A DNA stretch of 64,000 nt. It comes from Promethearchaeota archaeon (lineage in GTDB: Archaea; Asgardarchaeota; Lokiarchaeia; Sigyniarchaeales; SOKP01). The notes beneath the pieces were generated by a model that saw only the letters and a list, made by a program, of their open reading frames with translations, was not told the DNA's origin and did not search any database. How positions within the stretch are numbered: the stretch's first letter is position 1; every line of letters begins with the position of its first letter. The stretch is from assembly GCA_019058445.1 (NCBI GenBank), contig JAHPZA010000009.1, positions 722,355-786,354 of the forward strand. Direction: 5' to 3'. A program made the translations under genes and the position numbers. Positions 19,418-28,947 of this stretch are shown in pieces.

Positions 19418-19936
19418 TTATTCGATATCTTTCGCATCATCTGGGATTGGATCATAGTATTCTATATCCATTAATCCACCAGTAGCATTCTCTTTCCAAT
19501 GTGCCTTAATTGGCATTCCGATATAAGTGTCTTTAACATTGATGCCTGGAGCTAATTCTGCTATAGAACATGTATCGGCACCATCATGTTGAACTAAAAT
19601 CATAGGTTTCTCTTCAACTTGTCCCGTATCTGGATTCTTAAGATAGGCAATCGCATAAGTAGCAACTCGGGCAGTATCTCTAATATCCACCCATCTATCT
19701 GGTTTCACTAGACATTGACCGCAAACTAGCCTGGGAGGAAAGAATACTCTATTGCATCCAGAACATTGATTTGCGATAAGTTTCTTCTCTTTTAATTTCT
19801 CTAACATTGGTTGATGATGTGTAATATTAAATCTAAATTTATAACTGGACAAATACCAACTTCCAGGCATTGTTCGAGTTCTTACATAATCCTTCTTAAT
19901 ATAGTCTAAAGATTTTCTTTGGGTTAATTTTGACAT
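19418..19936 (-). CDS. DUF35-type OB-fold / zinc-ribbon protein (acyl-CoA-associated)
   Basis: Zinc ribbon CSGCNRVFFPPRLVCGQC followed by an OB-fold-like segment. I prefer the start MSKL (ATG 19936) because GGAGGT lies 7 nt upstream; the track ORF starts at 19951. Confidence 0.75.
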   Translation of the reverse strand: MSKLTQRKSLDYIKKDYVRTRTMPGSWYLSSYKFRFNITHHQPMLEKLKEKKLIANQCSGCNRVFFPPRLVCGQCLVKPDRWVDIRDTARVATYAIAYLKNPDTGQVEEKPMILVQHDGADTCSIAELAPGINVKDTYIGMPIKAHWKENATGGLMDIEYYDPIPDDAKDIE

Positions 19937-19941
19937 TTTCT

Positions 19942-21189
19942 CTACCTCCATTTACGTTTTGGTTCATCTGACATAACCATAAGGGTACAAAGATTTAAAC
20001 TTCCACCCCAACCATGCCCTATGGATGTATGAACAGTTTTAGGTACCTGATTATCAGCTTTTCCCATTATTTGTAAGGCGGCAACCGCGGGTCTTTCCAT
20101 CGCAGAAGCACCAATAGCATTGGTAGAATTAACCCCACCCGAACAATTAACTGGTAGATCACCATCTAAAGCAGTTGTACCATTTTCATACATTTGTGGT
20201 GCTGTAGTTTCTTCGAATAATCCTAATTTCTCCAGCCACATAAGTTCTTGATTTGGGAACGGGGAGTATACCTCAGCATAGTCAATTTCTTTACGGGGGA
20301 ATGAAATTCCTGCTTGAGAATAGGCTAACTCAGAAGATCTCATAGCGCCTATTTGGGCTGAAGGGTCAGTTTGCGCTGAGCCGCTTCCATCATATCCAAG
20401 GACAGCAGATTCATTTGCAACACTTGCCACACCATTAACATAAACAGGGATATCACACATGTCTTTTGCTTTCTCTTCTGTCGTGAACAACATAGCACAA
20501 GCTCCATCCGATGCCGGACAAAGCATACCATAGCGCAAAGGATATTGCACATAGGGCGTGTCTAAAACCTCTTCAATTGTGAGATCAGGCATTCTTAAGT
20601 GAGCCCACCAATTCTTGGCAGCCATTCTTCTATTATGTACGACAACTCGAGCCAGATCCTCTTCAGTTATTCTTGCTTTACTCATATAATTTGTTGCTTG
20701 ATAAGCTGCTACTCCTATTGCTGCTCCGGCACTTAATATGCGTGAAAGGGAATCATAGTCTATTCCTAATGTATTAAGAATCGAAATTTCTCCATATGCA
20801 GTGCTAGCAAGCCCCACACTAGTATCTCCTTGAGATTGTTGCTCATACGCAATTGCTAAAACTGTATCGATGCCTGGTAACCCCGCTGTGACATTATAAT
20901 ATCCTGCGATAGCGACTGTACCACCCGTAGTTCCTCCAGTTGTTACGCGCAATAATGGTTTATTTCTTGCGCCCATCCAATCAGTACTCCACAATTCAGG
21001 CATATTAGCCCCCTCAAATGCAGGCATGTTTCCGGTTACAAACGCATCTATATCACTTATTCCTAAACTTGGAACTTTCTTCAAACAGTCCCTGATTGCC
21101 TCATTTACTAATTCCGGCATGTTTACATCAGATCTTTTTGAAGAATGCTCACAAAAACCAGCCGAAACTATAGCTACTTGTCTACCCAT
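19942..21189 (-). CDS. Thiolase-like (SCP-x/lipid-transfer type) protein lacking the nucleophile cysteine
   Basis: Thiolase-fold length and layout. The position equivalent to the N-x-x-C-x-S-G motif reads VTTGGTTGGTVA. I prefer the start MGRQVAIVSAGF (ATG 21187-21189), 1 nt after the upstream stop and preceded by GGAGGGAAGTGA. Confidence 0.75.
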   Translation of the reverse strand: MGRQVAIVSAGFCEHSSKRSDVNMPELVNEAIRDCLKKVPSLGISDIDAFVTGNMPAFEGANMPELWSTDWMGARNKPLLRVTTGGTTGGTVAIAGYYNVTAGLPGIDTVLAIAYEQQSQGDTSVGLASTAYGEISILNTLGIDYDSLSRILSAGAAIGVAAYQATNYMSKARITEEDLARVVVHNRRMAAKNWWAHLRMPDLTIEEVLDTPYVQYPLRYGMLCPASDGACAMLFTTEEKAKDMCDIPVYVNGVASVANESAVLGYDGSGSAQTDPSAQIGAMRSSELAYSQAGISFPRKEIDYAEVYSPFPNQELMWLEKLGLFEETTAPQMYENGTTALDGDLPVNCSGGVNSTNAIGASAMERPAVAALQIMGKADNQVPKTVHTSIGHGWGGSLNLCTLMVMSDEPKRKWR

Positions 21190-21190
21190 T

Positions 21191-22333
21191 TCAATCACTT
21201 CCCTCCAATGTAAATAATATATTATTCTGGGCACACATTCCTATTTGCCCCGAAGCAATTGCTTTTTTTGCTCCCTTAACTTGATACCCGTTCGCTTCAC
21301 CTCGAAGTTGTTTTGCCGCTTCAATAATTCTAATTAATCCCGTTGCACATGGGGGATTACCACCTATTGCCCCTCCAGACGGATTAATTGCTAAATCACC
21401 ATTAATTTCAGAATTCAGATTCGCAGCTTTTCCTTTGTCAGCTAATCCGAGTGCTTCCGCTAAAATTAATTCTTCATGAGCATAAGCTTCAAATAATTCC
21501 GCCACATCAATTTCGTTTTTTGGGTCTTTAATTCCCGCAGTAGTAAATGCTGTTTTTCCCGCAATTTCCATTGATTTACTTATTGATAAATCTCTCTCTC
21601 CAAGATAATATGCTTCCTGACTATATCCTACCCCTGTAATCCAAACAGGATTATCCGTTATTTTTAAAGCTTGTCTCTCAGGGGCCAATAAAATTGCAGC
21701 TATACTATCACAAGGTTGAGCAACCATTAACTCTGTTACAGGATCAGAATAAATTTCAGAATTTAATACATCTTCGACAGTTATATTAGCATTTTGAGCC
21801 TCTGCTAATGCTAAGGGATTTTTAGCCGCGTTTTTTCTATTTTTAACAGCTACCTTAGCAATCTCTTCTTTGCTTACTCCAAACTTCTCCATATATGCTC
21901 TCATTTGAAAACCTCCGGCAGTTATATCATTCACATATCCAAGCGGTCTTTCCCAAGTGGGATCCGTCTCATACAATCGAGTAGAATGATAAGGGTAGCA
22001 TGAAGGCATACTACCACTCCATATAACTGCTAATTTATGATTTCCGGATAAAATTCTCATTAATCCATAGAGAACTGCATGAGCTCCATCCATTTCACAC
22101 TTACTTTCATCTGCTAAATAACCGCCTCCTACCTCAACTGTGAATAAGTTACTTATGGTCCTGCCGTCATAGTAATCATTCGTACATGATATAACCGTAG
22201 TAATATCCTTTTTCTTTAAACCTGACTTATCAAGTGCGCCCCTTACAGCTTCAAAAATCATTTCATATCTGCCATAATTGGCATCTGAATACATTTTAAC
22301 TTGATTAAATCCAACAATTCCTACTTTTTCCAC
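21191..22333 (-). CDS. Thiolase-like protein (cysteine retained at nucleophile position)
   Basis: VGIVGF ... ESKCEMDGAHAV at the nucleophile position ... NPSGGAIGGNPPCATG. GTG start preceded by GAGGTGAT. Confidence 0.75.
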   Translation of the reverse strand: MEKVGIVGFNQVKMYSDANYGRYEMIFEAVRGALDKSGLKKKDITTVISCTNDYYDGRTISNLFTVEVGGGYLADESKCEMDGAHAVLYGLMRILSGNHKLAVIWSGSMPSCYPYHSTRLYETDPTWERPLGYVNDITAGGFQMRAYMEKFGVSKEEIAKVAVKNRKNAAKNPLALAEAQNANITVEDVLNSEIYSDPVTELMVAQPCDSIAAILLAPERQALKITDNPVWITGVGYSQEAYYLGERDLSISKSMEIAGKTAFTTAGIKDPKNEIDVAELFEAYAHEELILAEALGLADKGKAANLNSEINGDLAINPSGGAIGGNPPCATGLIRIIEAAKQLRGEANGYQVKGAKKAIASGQIGMCAQNNILFTLEGSD

Positions 22334-22344
22334 TTTTTATCACC

Positions 22345-22812
22345 TCATACCTTCACAAATCCATTTATATCAGATGGGGCTCCAGTAGTTTTTTCGCTCC
22401 AATCAACTTTAACCCTCATCCCAATCTTAATTTCATCAGGTGGCATATTCAAGAGTCTATTTACAATCGCTGTATTGCTACCATCAATTTGCACCATGGC
22501 TATAAGTTGAGGATCTTTAACCTTTCTAGTTCTTCTATCAGTAACTTTAAAATGTGTTATCGTAAAATTTTGCAATGTTCCAGAATCCGGTAAGTCTACC
22601 CAGTTTTGATCAAGCGATAGGTTTTCATTACATTTTCCACACACACTACGGGGTGGGCAAAACACATCACCGCATTTGGGGCATTTATTACCAACAATTT
22701 TCTTTTGTTCTAGACCATCGTAGAATTTATCCATGTATCTTCCAACCCAGAAATTAAATTCCGCACGAACTAAGCCCTTATTATTTACTATTACTTTTTC
22801 TTCTTCGGCCAT
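22345..22812 (-). CDS. DUF35-type OB-fold / zinc-ribbon protein
   Basis: Zinc ribbon CPKCGDVFCPPRSVCGKC plus an OB-fold-like C-terminus. First gene of the four-gene minus-strand operon. Confidence 0.75.
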   Translation of the reverse strand: MAEEEKVIVNNKGLVRAEFNFWVGRYMDKFYDGLEQKKIVGNKCPKCGDVFCPPRSVCGKCNENLSLDQNWVDLPDSGTLQNFTITHFKVTDRRTRKVKDPQLIAMVQIDGSNTAIVNRLLNMPPDEIKIGMRVKVDWSEKTTGAPSDINGFVKV

Positions 22813-23214
22813 TTTTTAATAACCATCTTTTATATTTAATTGAGTTGTGTTTACTATTTTTGATAGTTTATTTGTAATAATATTAATAGAACTTGATGAC
22901 TAATATAAATTGCAGATTCTTAACTAATCAATTATAATTCATCATAAAAGCATTAATTACGAAAAGGTATAATATTCGGGTATTATTTTTTTTAAAATAG
23001 GAAAAGAAGTAAAGGAAAATTGTAGAATAAAAATAATACGATTAATAACATAGATATTAAACTATTATTTTTATAATACCTCAATATTACTCCTATTATC
23101 TTCTACATCATATACCTATATTTTCGAGAAACACATCCCGATAATTCTCTTCTTTAAATATCTTCAGAATTTTTTAATATTTGTAGTAAACCTTACTATT
23201 AAAAAAGGTTAAGT

Positions 23215-23601
23215 GTGATAATTGTGAAAATATGGAAAAAAGAAGATGATGATATTTTAAGTATTGGTTCGCCTCATGAGACCTTAGGATTTTCTAAAGG
23301 AGAGAATTACCTTCAGATGTCTAAGGTTTTTCAAAAGTTCCTCATAAAAAAATATGACTTCAATTCCATCAAACAAGTTCCTGAGATTAAGAAGCAATTG
23401 CAGGGAAGGAATATTTTAATCGTGAATGCAGAAGCCGTTCTTAAAAACAGAAAAACTTTAGAAGAGTTAAAAGATGCTTTGGAAGAACTTAAAGGGTATC
23501 TTAAGAAATGTGGAGGATCAATTGGAAGACTCGGAGATCACTATCTCATTTTGACTCCAAGTTCTAATGTAAAAATTGCCAACAAATATGAAAGAAAATA
23601 A
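23215..23601 (+). CDS. Small protein, possibly SepF-like (DUF552) cell-division protein
   Basis: The C-terminal ILIVNAEAV ... LEELKDALEELKGYLKKCGGSIGRLGDHYLILTPSSNVKI resembles the archaeal SepF core as I remember it. Confidence 0.4.
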   Translation: MIIVKIWKKEDDDILSIGSPHETLGFSKGENYLQMSKVFQKFLIKKYDFNSIKQVPEIKKQLQGRNILIVNAEAVLKNRKTLEELKDALEELKGYLKKCGGSIGRLGDHYLILTPSSNVKIANKYERK

Positions 23602-23737
23602 GAGATCAATTTATTTTTTCTCTCTCTGATTTAGGATTTTGAGAAACGTTTGATTTTAGCTAATTTCTAGAAAGTATCTCCCAAAATATATTTATAAAAG
23701 TCCGACGAAATAATATTAAAATTATCTTATTAAGAGT

Positions 23738-24586
23738 GTGAACCCAAATATGGTTGAATTAGAAAATTATAGAGAAATTGGAAAAACATTAATGGATGAA
23801 TTGAAACTTACTAAATATCCAGTAGCAGTTAGGTTAATAGCACCAGACGAGGAAGTTCCAAAAAACGCAATAAAACCATTAGAATTGTTCGGTACTGAGG
23901 TTGCGGCATGTTTAACTTATACTTGGTGTAGTACAACTGGATTTTCGTTTTATTTAACAAAAAACGATATTGCTTGTAAACCAATTAGTATTGGTAATTT
24001 TGGATTAGAAAAAATAGCAGATGCAGAAGATTTATACAAGGCTTGGGAGAGAAAAGCAGCATATAAAAGAAATGCGGAATCGGAAAAAAAATCCCGCGAA
24101 AATGATGCGAGATTCCCTTATGGTCAAATTAAAGGTCTTGTTATTACACCATTACATCAAACCATTATTAAACCTCATTTAACGATCGTATATTGTTCTC
24201 CTTTAATATTATCCCATTTAATTCTGGCTGCTACCTATGATGGAGATTGTATAATTAGTAGTTTCAATGGGATGGAAGCATCTTGTAAAGAAGGAATAAT
24301 ACGAACGTATCTTACTAATGAATGCCAGGTGGTTTGTCCAGGGATGGGTGATCGTGTCATAGCGGGTGTACAAGATCATGAAATGATTTTTTCAATTCCA
24401 GAGAGCAAATTGGAGCTTGTTATGAACAATTTGTTTCTTGCTGGTAAAAAATTACAGAGTTCTGTTGGTTTGCATCCTTTTAAAATGCCATCTGTTAAAT
24501 CAATAGGACCGATTACAATGTTTGGAAGACCAACCGAGCCTGAAGTGTGGAACATTTTAAGAAAAAAAATAATAAAGGAAGATTGA
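23738..24586 (+). CDS. Hypothetical protein, possibly DUF169 family
   Basis: The N-terminal LKLTKYPVAVRL pattern and a size of about 280 aa fit. The assignment is tentative. Confidence 0.35.
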   Translation: MNPNMVELENYREIGKTLMDELKLTKYPVAVRLIAPDEEVPKNAIKPLELFGTEVAACLTYTWCSTTGFSFYLTKNDIACKPISIGNFGLEKIADAEDLYKAWERKAAYKRNAESEKKSRENDARFPYGQIKGLVITPLHQTIIKPHLTIVYCSPLILSHLILAATYDGDCIISSFNGMEASCKEGIIRTYLTNECQVVCPGMGDRVIAGVQDHEMIFSIPESKLELVMNNLFLAGKKLQSSVGLHPFKMPSVKSIGPITMFGRPTEPEVWNILRKKIIKED

Positions 24587-24664
24587 AAATTTTAAGATTA
24601 GATAAACCTTCTTAAAAGTAGAAAAAATGCAAAAGAATCTGAAGAAGCAAATTAAGAAGTAATA

Positions 24665-25927
24665 TTATTTTTTTTTTCGTTGTCTTAGAATTTCAATGAA
24701 ACTTTCTATTTGGTTGGTAACTTGAGTCTCATTCAGCTTTCTGGGGTCGTTCATGTCCGCGTCTATAATTAAACATGGGATATCAGCCTCATCCATTAAT
24801 TTACGTTTTAGATCATATAATCCACATGAATTAGGACGACATGACATATTATTATGCAAAAGAACTCCGTCTATTTTCCAATCTCGAACTGTTTCTTCAA
24901 ATTTTTTCACACGCGTTTCAAAATCATAAATATACCAAAAACTAAGCATTAATTCTGCCATAGCTTCAATTGGTTGGTTTAGAACCATTTCTTTAGTTAC
25001 ATTAGGGTTCATATATTTACTAAAGGCATAGGTATACGGCTCATACACAATAATGGCACCCCACCGTTCAAGCGTACCAAAATATTTTAAATTATACCAA
25101 AAAGGTATCCCCTCGAACATCAAGCGAAAATTTTCTTGTTCTAATGCCCCAATACCATTATCTACTCTTGCTTTTGCTTCTTTATACATTTTTTTATAGA
25201 GTCTAATCGGCTCTTTAAGACCTGGCATGGTAAATAAGGGAAATAACCCTCCAAAGGTGTCCCTTGTCGATATCGGACAGGGAACTACTTTTCGTAATTC
25301 ATAGATATCTTGCCAAACCATGCTTAAATCCCAAGAATTCTGGGTAATTTGTCTTGCTCGTTCTTCATCATATTCATGTCCTGTTACTTCTTGAATAAAA
25401 TCTAAGAATTCATAGAGTTGTTCAACTACGTATTTTTTAAAATAATTGTATTGTCTTTGGTTTGTATTGCTTACTACATGAGGGACATCAATAGTAAAAT
25501 GGGGTACATTAAATCTTTCGGCTTGAACTTGAAACCAATTCACATGAGTATCACAGATCACATCTGTAGATAACATAAACGTTGGTTTTCTTGTGCCCCC
25601 CTTTATCATATCAGCTTCACTTTTAACGGCACCAACATTAGTTTTAAAATAAGAGCAGAGATCATACGAATATCCCTCTTCTTCAGCCATTTCAATGAAA
25701 TTTTGGGAGTATTTTTGAGCAGCAGACACTGTGGCAGAATTTTCAGGTAGCATCGGTTGCACATCCATAGCATATAATATTTCAACCGGAGACCCTGAAG
25801 TTGCCCAAGCGGTCGGTTTTCCATCTCGGTATGCTTGCTCGATGGCTAAGAAATGTCTTCCCATAATATTTTTTAACCCCATTGTAGCATTTAGCATTTT
25901 ATTACTTTTTATTTCAGCTTTTGACAT
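24665..25927 (-). CDS. 2-hydroxyacyl-CoA dehydratase / benzoyl-CoA reductase family subunit (HgdA/BcrC-like)
   Basis: GKPTAWATSGSPVEILYAMDVQP ... DLCSYFK ... MFEGIPFWYN is a family-typical layout. Confidence 0.7.
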   Translation of the reverse strand: MSKAEIKSNKMLNATMGLKNIMGRHFLAIEQAYRDGKPTAWATSGSPVEILYAMDVQPMLPENSATVSAAQKYSQNFIEMAEEEGYSYDLCSYFKTNVGAVKSEADMIKGGTRKPTFMLSTDVICDTHVNWFQVQAERFNVPHFTIDVPHVVSNTNQRQYNYFKKYVVEQLYEFLDFIQEVTGHEYDEERARQITQNSWDLSMVWQDIYELRKVVPCPISTRDTFGGLFPLFTMPGLKEPIRLYKKMYKEAKARVDNGIGALEQENFRLMFEGIPFWYNLKYFGTLERWGAIIVYEPYTYAFSKYMNPNVTKEMVLNQPIEAMAELMLSFWYIYDFETRVKKFEETVRDWKIDGVLLHNNMSCRPNSCGLYDLKRKLMDEADIPCLIIDADMNDPRKLNETQVTNQIESFIEILRQRKKK

Positions 25928-25937
25928 TTACCCACCT

Positions 25938-26975
25938 CTAAATAATTTCAGCAAATGCTGAAAATCTTGTTGATAATTGTTTATATGATTCTCGATTATA
26001 TGTTACTTCTACAAAAAGATATGGTATCTCAAGGTTTTTAAACATCTTATTCATATATGGATGATCATAGAGTATCGGTTCACAAAATTTTTGGGCAATA
26101 TTTATAATCCCATCTACCTCGTAAATTTCTGCTAACTTTTTGATTACTTCAAATCTTTCATACGATGGAAATTTAGTAGAATGAATTGGTTTATTTAAAT
26201 GGTATTTGGCTAATGCTACTATTGGTTCTTCATTTTCGTCAATGAGATCCCAGAAATATTTAGTTCCTACCCCTAAATCATCTATGATAATATGGAAACC
26301 AAGCTCTTCAAGATATTTAATAAATTCGGTATCATCAATATCCGATCCAGTTAAAATAACTTTTTTAATATTGGTATCTAAAAAAGGGTTTCTAGTTTTA
26401 AATTCTTCCAGTTTGGACTCGAGGATTTTTACAACCTCATCCTTATCTTGTTGTTGAGCTAATTTTACTAAAGCATGGAATTCTGAGCCTTTCAATATCA
26501 TTTTTTTTCTAAACTCAGAAATTTCTTTCAATAAACTCCGGATATTATTCATCTTTTTTATAGATTCTCTTAATTTTTCGGTAGTTATTTTTACATTAAA
26601 ATGATCTTCTAATTGGGTAATTAACTCTTTCATGTCATCGATAAAAAACTTTAACGCACTCTCATCACGTTTTCTTGGAGAATTAAGAAAGAACATGAAA
26701 TCAAAATTCAGGCACTCAAGCCATATATCAAATTCACGATTAGTGCGATCACAGCCATGGGTTCCAATTATTCCAATAATATCCTCATCTAAACCTTTTA
26801 TTGCCTTTTCCAGGAGATTTCTTGTCCAAACGCAGTGGGTTGGTGGGATATGTTCATTTGCTTTATCAGGTTCAATTGTAGGATCACCAAAAAGGCGATA
26901 AGGAATTAATCCCGCTGCAAGAATGATTTCTTCTGGTGTCTCAACACCACTATCAAAAATACCAATCTTTTTCAT
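25938..26975 (-). CDS. 2-hydroxyacyl-CoA dehydratase family subunit (HgdB/BcrB-like)
   Basis: TPEEIILAAGLIPYRLFG ... IPPTHCVWTRNLLE ... THGCDRTN. The start is 11 nt upstream of the partner gene. Confidence 0.7.
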   Translation of the reverse strand: MKKIGIFDSGVETPEEIILAAGLIPYRLFGDPTIEPDKANEHIPPTHCVWTRNLLEKAIKGLDEDIIGIIGTHGCDRTNREFDIWLECLNFDFMFFLNSPRKRDESALKFFIDDMKELITQLEDHFNVKITTEKLRESIKKMNNIRSLLKEISEFRKKMILKGSEFHALVKLAQQQDKDEVVKILESKLEEFKTRNPFLDTNIKKVILTGSDIDDTEFIKYLEELGFHIIIDDLGVGTKYFWDLIDENEEPIVALAKYHLNKPIHSTKFPSYERFEVIKKLAEIYEVDGIINIAQKFCEPILYDHPYMNKMFKNLEIPYLFVEVTYNRESYKQLSTRFSAFAEII

Positions 26976-27117
26976 ATTAAAGTACTCAATAAAATAGTTT
27001 TTAATAAGTATAAGTATTGCTAAATTAAATCCTTAAGAATAAAAAAATATTTATATTTTATTTTCATTTTATAGAATATTCTAATAGATTCTACTCATTA
27101 AATAAAAAGTTTTTCTA

Positions 27118-27438
27118 ATGTCTCAGCACACCATTTCAAGAACACTAAGTAAAGCAATTTTAAAGCCCGAAGTTCGTATAAAATTAAAGATTTGGAATAC
27201 ATATTTAACAGGGAAACTTGTAAAGTTCGATAATTATATGAATTTAATTGTAGAAAATGCTAAAGAAATTTATTTTGGCAGGGGTGGAAAACGAAGCAAG
27301 GATCTTGGAACTGTTATGATCCGTGGCGCGTCTATAATATTCATTGGTCAAGATCGAGAGAAGATCGTATTTATGGAAACTGATGAAGATATGGATCATG
27401 ATGAATTGATGCATCGAGACGAATTTGATGATATATAG
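27118..27438 (+). CDS. Sm-like (LSm/SmAP) RNA-binding protein with acidic C-terminal tail
   Basis: Sm1 VRIKLKIWNTYLTGKLVKFDNYMNLIVENAKE and Sm2 LGTVMIRGASIIFIG. The tail is ETDEDMDHDELMHRDEFDDI. Confidence 0.8.
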   Translation: MSQHTISRTLSKAILKPEVRIKLKIWNTYLTGKLVKFDNYMNLIVENAKEIYFGRGGKRSKDLGTVMIRGASIIFIGQDREKIVFMETDEDMDHDELMHRDEFDDI

Positions 27439-27457
27439 AAAAGGAGTCTGATTAAAA

Positions 27458-27658
27458 ATGGGAAAAGGAACTCCAAGTAAAGGGAAAAAAAATAAGGCTA
27501 GTAGTCATAAAACTTGTAGAAGATGTGGGAAACATTCTTTCCATCGTAGAAAGAGATTTTGTGCAAGTTGCGGATTTGGAAGGACAGCCAAACTTCGTCA
27601 ACCAAGTTGGAGAAATAGATATAGACCATTTAATGGGAATAAGGGTTTCTATCGATAG
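27458..27658 (+). CDS. rpl37e: 50S ribosomal protein L37e
   Basis: MGKGTPSKGKKNK..HKTCRRCGKHSFH...CASCGFG zinc ribbon. GGAG lies upstream of the ATG. The Sm-L37e gene pair is a known archaeal arrangement. Confidence 0.9.
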   Translation: MGKGTPSKGKKNKASSHKTCRRCGKHSFHRRKRFCASCGFGRTAKLRQPSWRNRYRPFNGNKGFYR

Positions 27659-27811
27659 GATGTATTAAAATTAATTCTTCTTTATTTAGATTAAGTTAGA
27701 TTTTTGTTCCATTTCGATTTTAAATAATAGTATCGCATATTTTTTTAGATTGAAATGATTATTATTTTTAAATTAAACCTCTTTTGAATAGCAATTAAGT
27801 AAGAAATTTCA

Positions 27812-28189
27812 ATGAATATCTTAAAAATTGAAAGCCTAAATAGGGAATTAAAGGAATTAGAGATACGAAGTGGGATTACGGGTTCTGTTATTGTAAGTCG
27901 TAATGGACTTTTAATTACCTCTAGATTACCGAGGGATATGGATAAGAGAACGATTGGAGCTATAGCGGCTACTATGTTCGGCGCTATAGAAATGGCTTCA
28001 ACAGCATTAGGAAGTAATGAAAAAGTCTATTGCATTACTATAGAGTTAGATGATTATCAACTAATAGTCCTAAACGTGACCAATGATATTATTTTTGCTT
28101 TATTGATAGATTTAAATGTGAATTTGGGTTTAATTCTTATTGAATTAGAAGAAACACTCAAAAAAATACGAATTATTGCTAAAAGGTAA
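27812..28189 (+). CDS. Roadblock/LC7 (MglB-like) domain protein
   Basis: ITGSVIVSRNGLLITSRLP ... IGAIAATMFGAIEMAS ... ITIELDDYQLIVLNV ... FALLIDLNVNLGLI. Confidence 0.75.
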   Translation: MNILKIESLNRELKELEIRSGITGSVIVSRNGLLITSRLPRDMDKRTIGAIAATMFGAIEMASTALGSNEKVYCITIELDDYQLIVLNVTNDIIFALLIDLNVNLGLILIELEETLKKIRIIAKR

Positions 28190-28193
28190 TAGT

Positions 28194-28934
28194 ATGTTAA
28201 CTGAAGATCAAAGGAAAAGATACTCACGACAAATTATTTCACCATTAATTGGAGAGAAGGGACAAGAAATAATATCTTCTCTTAGGGTTCTACAAATTGG
28301 AGCTGGAGGGCTTGGATCCCCTTGTTCTTTATATCTTATTGCCTCAGGGATTAAAGAACTTACAATAATTGATGATGATATTGTATCCATCTCCAACCTT
28401 CAAAGACAAATACTCTATAACGAAACCCATGTGGGTAAAGTTAAGGTTGAGATGGCCAAACAAGTATTGTCTAATTTGAATTCCGAGGTTCAAATAAATG
28501 CCTATAAAGATTTTATCGACGAGAATTCAATAAAAAAATATTTAAAAAATCAAGATTTTATAATTGATTGCAGCGACAATATGAAAACTAAGTTCTTAGT
28601 AAATAAAGTTGCTGTGGAAAACAAAATTAAAGCTGTCATTGCTGGTATTAAGGATTTTTACGGCCAAATTATCACAGTTAATCCGCAAAAAAGTGCCTGT
28701 TATCAATGTATTTTTCCAGAGCCTGAGTCTGAGCCCTCAAAAACTGAGGGCCCTTTACCAGTTATAGGAGTTACACCCGGTATCTTAGGCACTTTAGAAG
28801 CTTTAGAAGTTATAAAAACTGCTTTAAATCTGCCCAATTTGGAGAATAATCTTTTAATGGTTAATCTTATAGATATGAGCTTTAGTAAGATAGAAGTTCT
28901 TAAAAACGAGAATTGTATATGCTCGGGAAAATAA
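28194..28934 (+). CDS. ThiF/MoeB/UbaA-type E1-like adenylyltransferase
   Basis: RYSRQI ... VLQIGAGGLGSP ... IIDDDIVSISNLQRQ ... CYQC ... CICSG. I prefer ATG 28194, 4 nt after the Roadblock stop; the track ORF starts at 28176. Confidence 0.8.
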   Translation: MLTEDQRKRYSRQIISPLIGEKGQEIISSLRVLQIGAGGLGSPCSLYLIASGIKELTIIDDDIVSISNLQRQILYNETHVGKVKVEMAKQVLSNLNSEVQINAYKDFIDENSIKKYLKNQDFIIDCSDNMKTKFLVNKVAVENKIKAVIAGIKDFYGQIITVNPQKSACYQCIFPEPESEPSKTEGPLPVIGVTPGILGTLEALEVIKTALNLPNLENNLLMVNLIDMSFSKIEVLKNENCICSGK

Positions 28935-28947
28935 AATAGAAAAAAAA

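Noticed and set aside
21187-21234. 44-nt overlap between the two thiolase-like ORFs as a possible frameshift or fusion
   Set aside because: An internal ATG (21187-21189, MGRQVAIVSAGF) lies 1 nt after the upstream stop and is preceded by GGAGGGAAGTGA. The N-terminal extension MPRIIYYLHWREVIE is simply the upstream gene read in another frame.
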